From: Leucoraja erinacea
Lineage: Eukaryota
NCBI RefSeq assembly: GCF_028641065.1
Contig: NC_073404.1
Location: 3,844,001 to 3,908,000 of the forward strand
Length of the DNA stretch: 64,000 nucleotides
Direction of reading: 5' to 3'
The notes beneath the pieces were generated by a model. That model was not told where the DNA came from. It saw nothing but the letters and a program-made list of their open reading frames with translations, and made no database searches. This document shows positions 1 to 12,641 of the stretch, one piece after another; position 1 is the first letter of the stretch; the number at the start of each line of letters is the position of its first letter. The position numbers and the translations under genes are program-made.

Positions 1-53
1 TGTGAATCATCCTTCCGCCCAATAGAAATGCAAACTTTTCCTTCTCTTACCAG

Positions 54-344
54 GCTCCTCTGTGGATATTTTCCAATATGTAGACGGGAAACACGAGGAA
101 TTGGAATGCGAAATCAGCCGGTATTCCACACACAACCACCATGTTGACTGGCCCCACCAGGGTGCAGAATCACCGGGGAAACGATGGTTCACCATGACTC
201 TGAAGCACAGACACGGCAAGTTCATCACAACCAGCTTCATGAGAGAACTAAAACCACCTGATGATGAGGCCAAGGAACAGATTGAAGCACAGACCGATGA
301 GGACACTTCACCCATTGGAAACACGGACACCCTCATCATTCAAG
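54..344 (+). CDS. TAPBPL: Tapasin-family (tapasin-related/tapasin-like) gene, internal exon encoding part of the N-terminal domain; upstream exons lie outside the window
   Basis: Polypyrimidine tract plus cag (51-53) and donor gtaacg at 345; phase 1-1. Encodes SSVDIFQYVDGKHEELECEISRY...W...WFTMTLKH...TLIIQ. The CEISRY...WF pattern is typical of TAPBPR/tapasin. The symbol denotes the family, not proven orthology. Confidence 0.85.
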
Positions 345-501
345 GTAACGTTTTAACACTTGAGGCGACTAAAGAAGACACCGCCATCTTGCTCAAAACG
401 ACACAAGAAAAGACAGGTGTTTTTAAACCATGCATATTTTAGTTTTAATCAATAGTAAATCGAAAGATTAGTTTTAACCAATTTAGATTTAACCAATTCT
501 A

Positions 502-956
502 AATGTCATATGCTGAGAGAATGGAGCAGCTGGGCTTGTACACTCTGGAGTTTAGAAGGATGAGAGGGATTCTCATTGAAACATATAAGATTGTTAAGGG
601 CTTGGACACACTTAGAGGCAGGAAACATGTTCCCGATGTTGGGGGGAGTCCAGAACCAGGGGCCACAGTTTAAGAATAAGGGGTAAGCCATTTAGAACGG
701 AGACGAGGAAACACTTTTTCTCACAGAGAGTGGTGGGTCTGTGGAATTCTTTGAATCAGAGGGCGGTGGAGGCAGGTTCTCTGGATAATTTCAAGAGAGA
801 GCTAGATAGGGCTCTTAAAGATAGCGGAGTCAGGGGATACGGGGAGAAGGCAGGAACGGGGTACTGATTGGGGATGATCAGCCATGATCACATTGAATGG
901 CGGAGCTGGCTCGAAGGGCCAAATGGCCTGCTCCTGCACCTATTGTCTATTGTCTA
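502..956 (+). mobile_element. CR1/HER1-like LINE 3' fragment
   Basis: LGLYTLEFRRMRG..IETYKI-type ORF2 end with a (ctattgt)n tail. Confidence 0.88.
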
Positions 957-1377
957 AAACTGCACAGTGGCACAGTGGTAGTGTGTTTGCGTCACAGCGC
1001 CGGACACCCAGATTCGATCCTGATTATGGGTGCTGTCTGTACGGAGTTTGCACGTTCTCCCTGTGACTGCGTGGGTTTTCCCCGGGTGCTCCGGGGTCCT
1101 CCCACACTCCAAAGACGTACAGGTTTGTAGGTGAATTGGCTTTGGTAAATAATTGTAGATACATACAGGAAGCACCCAGATTCAGGATCGAAACCTGTGT
1201 CCATGGCACTGTAAGGCAGCAACTCTGCTGTTGTGCTGCTCTGCTATTAGTGGGGTTAGGTTTATTATTGTCATGTGTGCCAAGGTACAGTGAAAAGCTT
1301 CGTTGTGCTTATTCAGACAATTCACAACTACAAATCTAGTCAAACTCAAGTACAATAGATAGAGCAAAGCGCAAGAT

Positions 1378-2012
1378 TCATAGCAAAAGGATTTGAGTAT
1401 AGGAGGAGGGAGGTTCTATTGCAGTTGTACAGGGTCTTGGTGAGACCACACCTGGAGTATTGCGTACAGTTTTGGTCTCCAAATCTGAGGAAGGACATTA
1501 TTGCCATAGAGGGAGTGCAGAGAAGGTTCACCAGACTGATTCCTGGGATGTCAGGACTGTCTTATGAAGAAAGACTGGATAGACTTGGTTTATACTCTCT
1601 AGAATTTAGGAGATTGAGAGGGGATCTTATAGAAACCTACAAAATTCTTAAGGGGTTGGACAAGCTAGATGCAGGAAGATTGTTCCCGATGTTGGGGAAG
1701 TCCAGGACAAGGGGTCACAGCTTAAGGATAAGGGGGAAATCCTTTAAAACAGAGATGAGAAGAACTTTTTTCACACAGAGAGTGGTGAATCTCTGAAACT
1801 CTCTGCCACAGAGGGTAGTCGAGGCCAGTTCATTGGCTATATTTAAGAGGGAGTTAGATGTGGCCCTTGTGGCTAAGGGGATCAGAGGGTATGGAGAGAA
1901 GGCAGGTACGGGATACTAAGTTGGATGATCAGCCATGATCATATTGAATGGCGGTGCAGGCTCGAAGGGCGAATGGCCTACTCCTGCACCTAATTTCTAT
2001 GTTTCTATGTTT
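1378..2012 (+). mobile_element. CR1/HER1-like LINE 3' fragment
   Basis: [19 protein letters not shown]...RRLRGDLIETYK with a (tttctatg)n tail. Near-identical copies at 20435-21066 (+) and ~46481-47255 (-). Confidence 0.92.
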
Positions 2013-2888
2013 CTATACATACAGAATATAGTTCTCAGCTTTGTAGCGCATCAGTTCCATAGACAAAGTCCAATGTCCCCAATGGGGAATCGGACAGTAC
2101 CCTAGCTGATGGAAGGGCCGTTCAGAAGCCTGATAACAGAGGGGAAGAAGCTGTTCCCGAGTCTGGTGGTGCGCGATTTCAAGCTTTATTTTTCCCGTGG
2201 GAAAATCCCGTGGGATCACGACTTTGTTTTTGTTTTTTGTTTTTTTAATTTATTGGAAGCAGTGTACACAAATATAAACAGCGGCATATGTCATAATACA
2301 GTTATTGTACAGCTTCAATTTTAATTTTTCGCTAAAAGTTGAGAGGAAAGAAGAGAGAGAAAGCAAGAGAGGGAAAAGGTGGAATGTGCAAGGATAGAAC
2401 CCCTAGACTACCAAATTGGTGAAGTCAAAGAGTGAGTAAGTAAAAGAAATAAGGAAGACGTAGAGAAATAAAACGACCAAAACAGAAAGAAAAACAAAAG
2501 GCGATGATATACCTGCCTCGTATCCCTCCCCACCCATCACCCAACCCATAATTAGATTTAACTCCAACATTATGTTGCACCACACTATCCTTGTAATGGA
2601 GACAGAGGGGACACGTCTCCCCCATGTTTTGAGAGGTGGAAGACATCCCCCCCAAGTTTTTGTAAACCGGATTTTAAAACCCGGTGAAACCTCCGCTCTC
2701 TACGAGACAGTGGGGGTGGGACTGATGTTCGAGGGCGGTGATTGGAGGAGGGAGACGTGGCACAGACCTGCGCTTCATCCGCAGCCAGGATGATCCCGGC
2801 CGGCTCTCCGGCGCTGTCCTGTCCCCTCCCGAGCGCCCCCCCCGTGGGTGGCCAGAGACGTCGGCAGCAAAGATCCTCCGCTATAGGA

Positions 2889-3088
2889 TGTCAAGAAGGA
2901 ACTGCAGATGCTGGAAGATCGAAGGTACACAAAATTGCTGGAGAAACTCAGCAGGTGCAGCAGCATCTATGGAGCGAAGAAAATAGGCAGCGTTTCGGGC
3001 CGACGGGTTTCGGCCCAAAACGTCACCTATTTTCTTCGCTCCATAGATGCTGCTGCACCCGCTGAGTTTCTCCAGCAATTTTGTGTAC
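2889..3088. mobile_element. Palindromic Penelope pLTR-derived short element with target-site duplication
   Basis: Two inverted arms (gctggagaaactcagc.ggtgcagcagcatctatggagcgaag and its reverse complement). Flanking 17-bp direct repeat cctccgctataggatgt at 2875-2891 and 3088-3104. Confidence 0.8.
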
Positions 3089-3784
3089 CTCCGCTATAGG
3101 ATGTTTGGTCGGGAATCAGACGGGCCAGTGCAGAGAAACAGCGCTAAACCCAGCTCAACTCTGCCTGTCCTGCCAGGTGAGCCTAAAGCCGTCCAGGACT
3201 TGCGGGAAATATAGCCAGCGTGGAGAAGCAGCGCTGGTGTCCCGTCAGTCTAGGCAGGGCTGTAGTTAACCCGGTGAGACAGGCAGAGTTGAGCTGCATT
3301 TAGCGCTGGATTGAGCCTCCGAAGCCTCGTGCGCGTGTGTGTATGTGTGCGCGCATGTGGCCGCCAAAACATTATGTCCCCCGGACCCCTCCATGTTTTG
3401 ATAGCGAGTTCCGCTCTTGAATGTATCAATGAATGGTGTCCATGTCTTCGAAAAATGCTCGGGTTTTTCTGCTAAGACGAGTCTCATATTTTCAAGATGT
3501 AGCGTCTCGGACATGTTTGTAATCCACATGTTGAGCGTAGGGGCAGATGTATGTTTCCAAAATTAGAGTATTAGTTTTTTTGGGAGAAAGACTTTAATTG
3601 CAAGTTTGAAATATTGGAGCCCTCAATGACACAATTGTTTTTACAATGCGAGTTTCCATAACCTGTGGTTTAAGAACATGGAACTTTGAGTAGTACAGCC
3701 CAGGAAAGGGCCCTTTGGCCCACAATCCCTGCGCCGAACATGATGCCAAGTTAAACTAATCTCCTCTGCCTGCAATTTCAGGAA

Positions 3785-4075
3785 AGTTTAGAGATACAGC
3801 ACGAAAACAGGCCCTTCGGCCCACCGACCAGCGATCCCCGCACATTAATACTATCCTACACCCACTAGGGACAATTTTTACATTTACCAAGCCAATTAAC
3901 CTACAAACCTGCACGTCGTTGGAGTGTGAGAGGAAACTGAAGATCTCGGAGAAAAGGTCACGGGGAGAACGTACAAACTCCATACAGACAGCACCCGTAG
4001 TCGGGTTCGAACCTGTGTCTCCGTGCTGCAAGCGCTGTAAGGCAGCAACTCTGCCGCTGAGCCACCGTGGCTGCC
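3785..4075 (-). mobile_element. HE1-like V-SINE (other minus-strand copies ~4785-5305, 8726-9012, 11505-11792, 12803-13085, 45380-45676, 49605-49920, 50310-50612)
   Basis: Reverse complement of the A/B box, V-core and tail consensus. Confidence 0.85.
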
Positions 4076-5033
4076 CCAAGATGCATCTCCCTCCACTCCC
4101 TGCATGTTCGTGTACCTATCCAAAGGCCTCTTGAACACCACTATTGTAAATGCCTCCATCACCAGCCCTGGCAACGGGTTCCAAGCACCCACCACTCACA
4201 GCACAACACATCTCCTTTAAACTTTGCCCCTCTACACCTTGAAGCTAATGACCTCTCCTATTAGATTTTCCCATCCTGGGATAAAGGTTGTGAGTGTCTA
4301 CCCCATCTACGTCTCGTAATTCGACACACTCTACTTCTATCAGGTCTCCCCGCAACCACAGTGTTGCAGATGACACAATCCATATCTGTCCGACCTCCCT
4401 CTGTGGCTAATACCTACAAATCCAGGCAGCGTTCTGGTATACCCCATCTGCAAAGTCACCGCGTGGCAGAGGCTTTGCCGAGGTGCCGTGGCCGCGGTGC
4501 CCGCCCGGAGGACATGAAGGCTCAGCGAACCGTGGTGGATCGAGGGCCCACTGGACCCTCCTGGAGGGCCGGCGAGCAGACCGGCTGCGGGAGGGCATGC
4601 ATGGCCTAGACGGGGGAGTGGCCGCTGGAGGCCCTGCAGCAGCCAGGGGCTCGGCTGGACCGGGGACCGCTCCAAGAGGCCCAGCACGTGGACCGCACAC
4701 GGCCTACAGCGGTGGAGCAGCGGAAAAGGTCACCATGGCTACCAATATAGTTGTGATTTACTATTGAAACCAAAAGTTGATGTTATTTTAGTTTTAGTTT
4801 AGAGATACAGCACGGAAACAGGTCCATTGGCCGTGACCGCACCGACCAGCGATCCCCGCACACTAGCACAATCCCACACACACTAGGGACAACTTACAAT
4901 TTGTCTTCAAACTTTTTTCGTCTTTAGAGCTTGGGGGGGAAACTGGGGATCCCGGAGAAAACCCACGCAGGTCATGGGTCCGTACAGACAACAACACCCA
5001 TAGTCAGGATCGAACCCGGGTTTCCTGCGCTGG

Positions 5034-5279
5034 AAAGGGCCTGTCCCACTTGCCGATTTTTTTCGGCGAACGTTGTCATCATTGACTGACGAATCAGGTC
5101 ACTGAGCACGTCGCGGCGTGACGAGGCTTGATGACGTATTGACGAGCGGGGCCTCCTCAAGTGTCGCAACATTTTTTTGGTCTGGATTTTGAAATGTTCA
5201 AAATCTTTTGGTGACCCTGATATGTCAGTCAATGATGCCGGCAGTCTCCGAAACAATCACCAAGTGGGACAGGCCCTTT
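5034..5279. mobile_element. MITE of the agggcctgtcccactt family (PIF/Harbinger or Kolobok type), nested in a SINE
   Basis: TIR aaagggcctgtcccacttg/caagtgggacaggcccttt; it splits a SINE at gcgctg|taaggcagc. Confidence 0.85.
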
Positions 5280-5552
5280 AGGCAGCAACTCTACCGCAGT
5301 GCCCTTCACCCTCAGTCTTATGTGTCAAATTACGTTGCCTAAGAATGCTGATGCCAAACCTTTATGCAGAACCAAAATGAGCTCAGTCCAGTCTTAGCTC
5401 AAGGCAATATTTGTGGAACGGATATGGAAATAATGCATCGGACTGGATGACTCAACTCTAAACTGGACGTGATTCATTTTGATCGTGTCCGCTCATCATT
5501 ATTCATATCCATTTTCAGTATTCTGCCCTGTTTTCCCAAAACATCCCAACGC

Positions 5553-6075
5553 ATCTGATCGGGAAGCACCGCAGCCTGGTTTGGGAACAGCTCCATCCAA
5601 AAAATTGGCAGTGAATTGTGGATGCAGCCCAGACCATCACACAAACCAACATCCCTGTCATTGATTCCATCTACACCTCACGCTGCCTCGGCAAGGCCAG
5701 CAGGATCATCAAGGACCAGTCTCACCCCGGCCACTCCCTCTTCTCCCCTCTCCCATCAGGCAAGAGGTACAGAAGTGTGAAAACGCACACGTCCAGAATC
5801 AGGGACAGTTTCTTCCCAGCTGTTAGCAGGCAACTGAATCATCCCATCACAACCAGAGAGCAGTGCTGAACCACAGTCTACCTCTTTGGTGACCTTCGGA
5901 CTATCCTTGATCGGACTTTGCTGGCTTTACCTTGCACTAAACCTTATCATGTATCTTATACACAGTACATGGATCAATGGTAATCATGTATTGTCTTTCC
6001 GCTGACTGGTTAGCACGCAACAAAAGCTTTTCACTGTACCTCAGTACACGTGACAATAAACTAAACTAAACTAAA
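5553..6075 (+). mobile_element. Rex/Babar-like LINE 3' fragment (related: ~12150-12548 +, ~17665-18145 -, ~38880-39150 -, ~63580-64000 +)
   Basis: KASRIIKDQSHPGHSLFSPLPSGKRYRS..T.TSR.RDSFFP. Confidence 0.8.
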
Positions 6076-6709
6076 CTTCACTAACCGATTCACCTCCACC
6101 CCATTGCAGACATTAGACTTTGTCTGTGGAGCTGGTGCACTACAATGCTGAGAACTACTGTATATTATACACTCTGTGCTTATCCCCTTTGCTCTACCTG
6201 TTGTATTTAAGTTTGACCTGATTGTGTTCAGAGATATACAGCATGGAAACAGGTCCATTGGCCCAACATGCCCATGCCGACCAACATGCCCCATATAACC
6301 TGTACAGTATTCAACTGCCTGCGTTTGGCCCATATCCCTCTAATCCATGTGCCTGTCTAAATGTTTTTTGAACATTGTGATAGTACCTGCCTCAACTAGC
6401 TCCTCCGACAGCTTGTTCCATATACATACACCCCCCCCCCCCCCCCATCACATTTAACCTATGCCCTCTGGTTCTTGGTTCCTCTTCTCTGGGTAAAGAC
6501 CACATCTATTCCTCTTATGATCTTATACACACCTCCATATCCTTCCTGTCTTGGGGTGACCAGAACTGTAGATCAAAGGCATCGAAGAGTGCAAAGAGAG
6601 ACACAAAAGCTGGTGTAAGTCAGCAGGTCTTGTGGGAAACGATAGCAGGCATCACAGTGGAGCAGATGATAGCGAGCCAGTGATCTGTGTTCAATGATGT
6701 GAGGATGTG

Positions 6710-7200
6710 TAGGGAAGGAACTGCAGATGCTGGTTTACACCAATGATAGACTCAATGTGCTGGAGTAACTCAAGCATGACAGGCAGCATCTCTGGAAAAA
6801 AAGGACTAGGTGATGTTTCGGGACTGAGAGTCGGGGGAGGGGGAAACTAGGGGTATGAAAAGGTACAGGACAAATTAGAGCCGCCACTGATGGCAAAGGA
6901 AAAGTTGTCCATGGTTGGCTGTGGAAGAAGTGATAACGAAAGGATACAGGGAAGCGAACAGTGGAACTAGCAGGATGGCTAGGGTGGGGGAGGGGAGAGA
7001 GAGAGAGAGAGGGAGTATCAATGTTAGAGATATCAATGTTCATACCGCTCAGTTGTAAGCTGCCCGAGCGAAATATGAGGCGCTGTTCCTCCATTTTGTG
7101 TGTGTGTGGCCTCACTCTGACAATGGAGGAGGCCCAGGACAGCAAGGTCCGTGTGGGAATGTGAAAGGGAGTTAAAGTGTTGGGTAACTGGGAGATCGTG
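6710..7200 (-). mobile_element. Penelope-like 3' fragment
   Basis: Encodes MEEQRLIFRSGSLQLSGMNIDISN, matching the 55343 ORF C-terminus, followed by the same terminal repeat. Confidence 0.75.
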
Positions 7201-7649
7201 TAGGCCCCAGGCCAGAGATGCATCCTGACCCGCTGAGTTACTCCAGCTTTAGTGTCTGTCTTTGATGTAAACCTGCATCGGCAGTTCCTTCCGACACATT
7301 TTACCCGCACTCTTACATCCCTCTGATGTACAACACTCCCCAGAGCCCTGCCATTCACGGTATAGGTCCTGCAATGGTTAGACTTTCCAAAACGCAACAC
7401 CTCCCACTTATCTGCATCAAACTCCATTAACCATTCCTCAGCTCGCCTACCCAACTGATCAAGATCCTGGTGTGGTATGCATAGTATCACCTGATCAGTT
7501 TGGATAGCGTGCAATACCAAGTTTGTCACTGTGGTACACATGACGATAATAAACATAGCACTAACACCTAATATCATTTACCCATTTAGAAATGCAGTAA
7601 TTTTTTTTTGACCTCAGCAGGGAATAGCGGAGGAATGATTTAACACCAA

Positions 7650-8000
7650 TCCAGGACCGCTGCCGATTCTCCGGCACCCTCGATTCCCGGGCCTTGCCGT
7701 ATTATCCGTTTTGCCAGATCGCCAGAGGTCGCGGCCCGCAAAGCCGGCCCCGGAAGTCGGCCATGGGAACGGATCTGCCGGCTCCGGCCAGGCCAGAGTT
7801 CCAGAACCCCGGCCGCAGGGGGGCAAATCTGACCCGGCGATCGGCCGCGGAAGTCCCCCCCCCGATGAGATTGAGATTGGCCGCTTCACCGATAGGGGCC
7901 ACGTGTGCAAGGGGGATTTCAAGTGCGCTCTCGTGGTTTTGTCCGGATTAAGGAGGTGCCGGTCCATCAGTTGCTGGAAGATCGGGGGTGGAGCTGTATT
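7650..8000. mobile_element. GC-rich dispersed element (related copies ~21400-21710 and ~31540-31750)
   Basis: Shared core gaagtcggc.atgggaacggatctgccggctccggc and terminal-like ccggcaccct; superfamily unassigned. Confidence 0.55.
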
Positions 8001-8356
8001 GCAAAAGAATTAAGGCCTAGTCGGCAATAAATAGGTAGACTACAATGGTAAGCATCGGAGGTAAATTAAATGTGTGGGAAGGAACTGCAGATGCTGGGTA
8101 AAATCGAAGATAGACACAAAAAGCTGGAGTAGGTCAGCGGGTCAGACAGCATCTCTGGAGAAAAGGAATAGGTGATGTTTCGGGTCGACCCTTCTTCAGA
8201 TCTGGCTCTACCAGAAACGACACCTATTCCTTTTCTCCACAGATGTTGCCTGACCCGCTGAGTTACTCCAGCATTATGTGTCTATCTAAGGTCAATGAAA
8301 CTTGTGCGATATCATTAACCATCGATGTGACCCCGCTGTTTCTTTCCACTTGCCAG

Positions 8357-8695
8357 TGAAATACATTGTCCGCACACGAACTCCATTGGTCAGAAGCAAA
8401 ATGAAGCAAGATGTCGTCCTGGACTGCGGCTTCAAGATTGACCACAGGAAGGACTTCTACGTTGACTGGAGGTATCAGCACAAAGGCGTGAGGAAAAAAC
8501 TGTTTATCTACAATGGGAAGAACCAGCAGACCGAACAGATTGAGAAGGGAGTTGGAACATTCTTGGATCAGATCGGGGACGGGAACGCATCCATCCGCAT
8601 AAGAAATGTGGACATTAGCAGTGAAGGATCCTACACCTGCTTGGTGTATGTCCCTCCACTATTTGGAACACACACCATCAATCTGGAGATATGGG
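8357..8695 (+). CDS. TAPBPL: Tapasin-family gene, IgV-like domain exon
   Basis: ttgccag acceptor and G|gtaag donor, phase 1-1. VKYIVRTRTP...VVLDCGF...VDWRYQHKG...GNASIRIRNVDISSEGSYTCLVY has the canonical IgV C/W/YxC residues and the tapasin-like LDCGF and WRxQxxG motifs. Confidence 0.92.
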
Positions 8696-9725
8696 GTAAG
8701 TTGCCAATTTTGATGACACGACCAGTTTAGTTTAGAGATACAGCACGGAAACAGGCCCTTCGGCCCACTAAATCCACGCCGACCAGCGATCCCTGCACAC
8801 TAGCACTTACCCTACATACTCTAGGGACAATTTACACTTATATCAAGCCAATTGATATCAAACCTGTAGGTCTTTGGAGTGTGGGAGGAAACCGAAGATC
8901 TTGGAGAAAATCCTCATGGGGAGAACGTACAGACAGCGCCCGTAGTCAGGATCGAACCCAGGTCTCTGGCGCTGTGAGGCAGTAACTCTACCGATGCGCC
9001 ACCGTGCCACCCTTGAGTATTGAACTTAGATTAATATTTTTGGGGTACTGAAGACATTAGCAGAAAATCAGGAGGAAATCTGCTGGATGGGCGATGTTTT
9101 TGGTCATGACCCTTCTTCAGGCGGGTCCTATCTCTGAAGAAGGGTCCCGAACCATAATATCACCTATCCTTAAAGATAGATACAAAAAGCTGGAGTAACT
9201 CAGCGGGGCAGGCAACATCTCTGGAGAGAAGTAATAGGTGATGTTTAAGGTTGAGACCCTTCTTCAGATTCTCGAACCGAAACGTCACATATTCCTTTTC
9301 TCCAGAGATGTTGCCTGTCCCTCTGAGTTACTCCAGCTTCTTATGTCTCTCTTCAGTGTAAACCAGCATCTGCAGTTCCTTTTGTTTAAGAAAATCGACT
9401 GGGCTTATTTTCACTGGAATTTAGAAGCATGAGAGGGGTTCGTATAGAAACATACTTAAGGGAACATATTGAATGGCCATGTGAGTGAGTTTTAATCCTA
9501 CAAAATGTGTACGTTTTAAACCTAAAACGTTTCTATGTCTTAAAACTGCAATGTTTCTACGTTTTAAAACTACAAAGTTTCTCTGTTTCTCGTCCCCTTT
9601 GATGTCACGTTTTCACACCTTGCACCTCCTTATCTCTGTGTCTCCCTCTGCCCCGACTCTCGGTCTGAAGATGGGTCTCGACCCGGAACGTCGCCCATTC
9701 CTTCTCTCCGGAGATGGCGTGCCTG

Positions 9726-10117
9726 TCATAGAAACATAGAAACATAGAAAATAGGTGCAAGAGGAGGCCATTCGGCCCTTCGAGCCAGCACCGCCATTGT
9801 GATCATGACTGATCGTCCCCTATCAATAACCCGTGCCTGCCTTCTCCCCATATCACTTGACCCCACTAGCCCCTGGAGCTCTATCTAACTCTCTCTTAAA
9901 TCCATCCAGTGACTTGGCCTCCACTGCCCTCGATGGCAGGGAATTCCATAAATTCACCACTCTCTCAGTGAAAATATTTTTTCTCACCTCAGTCTTAAAT
10001 TACCTCCCCTTTATTCTAAGACTGTGGCCCCTGGTTCTGGACTCGACCAACATTGGAAACATTTTTCCTGCATTTAGCTTGTCCAGTCCTTTTATAATTT
10101 TATATGTTTCTACTATA
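9726..10117 (-). mobile_element. CR1/HER1-like LINE 3' fragment
   Basis: ETYKIIKGLDKLNAGKMFPMLVESRTRGH, with a (catagaaa)n tail on the plus strand. Confidence 0.85.
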
Positions 10118-10175
10118 AGATAACTCCTCATCCAGTCCCGCTGACTCACTTCATTGTGTTGTCTCCCCTGTGCAG

Positions 10176-10502
10176 AGGCGCCCACAGTGTCCCTGAGCCA
10201 CAGCTCGCTCTCGTTGAGGGAGGGTGACGAGCAGAAGCTGGCGTGCGGCGCGGAGCGGTACTACCCGCTGGACGTGACGGTGCGCTGGCAGAAGCAGCAG
10301 GGCGGGGAGCGCCTTCTGCCCAACTACCTGTCCAACACCGTCTTATCCCCACACCAGCCGAACAGGGATGGCACCTTCAACATGACCAGCTACTTCCGCT
10401 TCACCGCCTCCCTCAAGGACAACGGCGTGACGTTTATTTGTCACGTCGACCACGTCAGCTTGGAGAAGACGATCAAACGCTACGTCCATGTAAAAGTGCA
10501 AG
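10176..10502 (+). CDS. TAPBPL: Tapasin-family gene, IgC1 domain exon
   Basis: tgcag acceptor and G|gtaaac donor, phase 1-1. EAPTVSL...LACGAERYYPLDVTVRW...DGTFNMTS...FICHVDHVSL contains the C1-set CxVxH motif and YYPLDV. Confidence 0.92.
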
Positions 10503-10542
10503 GTAAACAATGAGCAGACATTTTAAATACTGTGTGGAAACG

Positions 10543-10980
10543 GGATGGCGGGACTGTCATATGCTGAGAGAATGGAGCAGCTGGGCTTGTACACTCTGGA
10601 GTTTAGAAGGATGAGAGGGAATCTCATTGAAACATATAAGATTGTTAATGGCTTGGACACGCTAGAGGCAGGAAACATGTTCCCGATGTTGGGGGAGTCC
10701 AGAACCAGGGGCCACAGTTTAAGAATAAGGAGTAAGCCATTTAGAACGGAGACGAGGAAACACTTTTTCTCACAGAAAGTGGTGAGTCTGTGGAATTCTC
10801 TGCCTCAGAGGGCGGTGGAGGCAGGTTCTCTGGATGCTTTCAAGAGAGAGTTAGATAGGGCTCTTAAAAATAGCAGTCGGGATATGGGGAGAAGGCAGGA
10901 ACGGGGTACTGATTGGGGATGATCAGCCATGATCACATTGAATGGGATGAATGGCCTACTCCTGCACCTATTGTCTATTG
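10543..10980 (+). mobile_element. CR1/HER1-like LINE 3' fragment
   Basis: MAGLSYAERMEQLGLYTLEFRRMRG... followed by a tail. Confidence 0.88.
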
Positions 10981-12641
10981 AAACTGGCCCTTCGGCCCAC
11001 ACGGACCATCCATCACCATCCACCATCAAGGCAGCACAGCGACACAGATCTGGTTTGATCCAAAGGCGTGCGGGTGTGTAGGTTAATTGTTCTTTAAGCT
11101 GTCCCCCTAGTGTGTAGGGAGTGAACGAGAAAGTGGGATAACATGGAATGAGCGTGAATGGGTGATCGATGGTCGTAGTAGACCAGGTGGGCCGAGGTGA
11201 ACCATCATCTGCAGTTCCTTGTGTCGAGAACTGACAAAGCCGCACGTCTTTGGGAAGTGGGAGGAAACCAGAGAATCCAAAGGAAATCCACACGGTCACA
11301 GGGAGAACGTGCACACTCCACTCAGACAGCACCCGTGGTCAGCATCAAACCCGGGTCTCTGGTGCTGTAAGGCAGCAACTCTACCAGATACACCACTGTG
11401 CTGCCCCTATTGTTAAGAATGAGTGCGGGAACTATTTGTTTCTGGTGGTGGATGCATGAAGGCTGAACAATATCAGGAGACAATTCCTAACCATGTCTCT
11501 GGGCAGTTTAGTTTAGAGAGACCACTTGGAAACAGGCCGACCGAGTCTGCACCGACCAGCGATCCCCGCCCTCTAACACTATCCTACACACACCAGGGAC
11601 AATCTACATGTACACCAAGTAAAAATGAACCTGTAAACCTTTGGAGTGTGGGAGGAAACCTAAGATCTCGGAGAAATCCCACGCAGGTCGCAGGGAGAAC
11701 GTACATACTTAGTACAGACAAGCACCCGTAGTCAGGAGTGAACCCGGGTCTCTGCCGCTGTAAGGCAGCAACTCTACCGCTGTGTGTCACCCTATTCCAG
11801 GACGGATGTGGAGTTTTTGGAGCGGGTGCAGAAGGGGTTTTACCGGAGTGATGCCTGGATTAGGGGGTTTATTTTTTTCTAGAGCTTCGGAGGTTGAGGG
11901 GAGACCAGATAGAGGTATATAACATCATGAGACGTGTGGATTGGGTAGACAGTCTATGAAGGGAATGTCCAAAGATGAACGCCATACCTTTCAGGTGAGT
12001 AGGGGAAAGGTTTAATGGAGTTGTGTTGGGCATGTTTTTTTACACAGTGGGTGCCTGGAACATGCTGCCAACGGTGGCGGAGGCAGATGGCAGCTGGCAT
12101 TTAAGAGGGGCACATGGATGTGCATGGAATGGAGGGATATGGATCACGTTGATGAACTGTACACTGCAAGGGCCAGGAAGCGAGCGGGCAAGATCATCTC
12201 TGACCCCTCGCACCCTGGCCACAAACTCTTTGAATCACTTCCCTGTGGAAGGCGAGTCCGGACTGTCAAAGCTGCCACAGCCAGACATAAAAACAGTTTT
12301 TATCCACGAGTAGTTGCTCTACTCAACAGCCAAAAAACTGTAGCCTCCCTTTGAACTGGTATTTTGTTGGTTCACATGCTTGATCAATGGTGTTTTATCA
12401 TTAATGTGTTATTATTATTATTATTATTAATGTTTCGTGTTTTCTGAGTCATTCGTAACTGTCACCGTATGTCATGTTGATACTTGTGGGCGGAGCACCA
12501 AGGCAAATTCCTTGTATGTGAATACTTGGCCAATAAACTTACTTACTTGCGTGCAGCCAGGGGCGATTAGTTTAACATCATCATGTCCAGCATGGGCTGA
12601 AGTCTCAAAGCAGTAATGCTCAATATTTTATTTTCCCACAG

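Noticed and set aside
4340-4767. GC-rich overlapping ORFs, with an inverted copy at ~14640-14850
   Set aside because: Dispersed GC-rich repeat; the ORFs reflect low stop-codon frequency.
5310-5480. Possible extra tapasin-family exon between the N-domain and IgV exons
   Set aside because: No convincing splice pair or homology; exon 54-344 already joins 8357 in frame.
6735-7577. 280-aa ORF
   Set aside because: Chance read-through of CR1, pLTR and Penelope fragments; no coherent domain.
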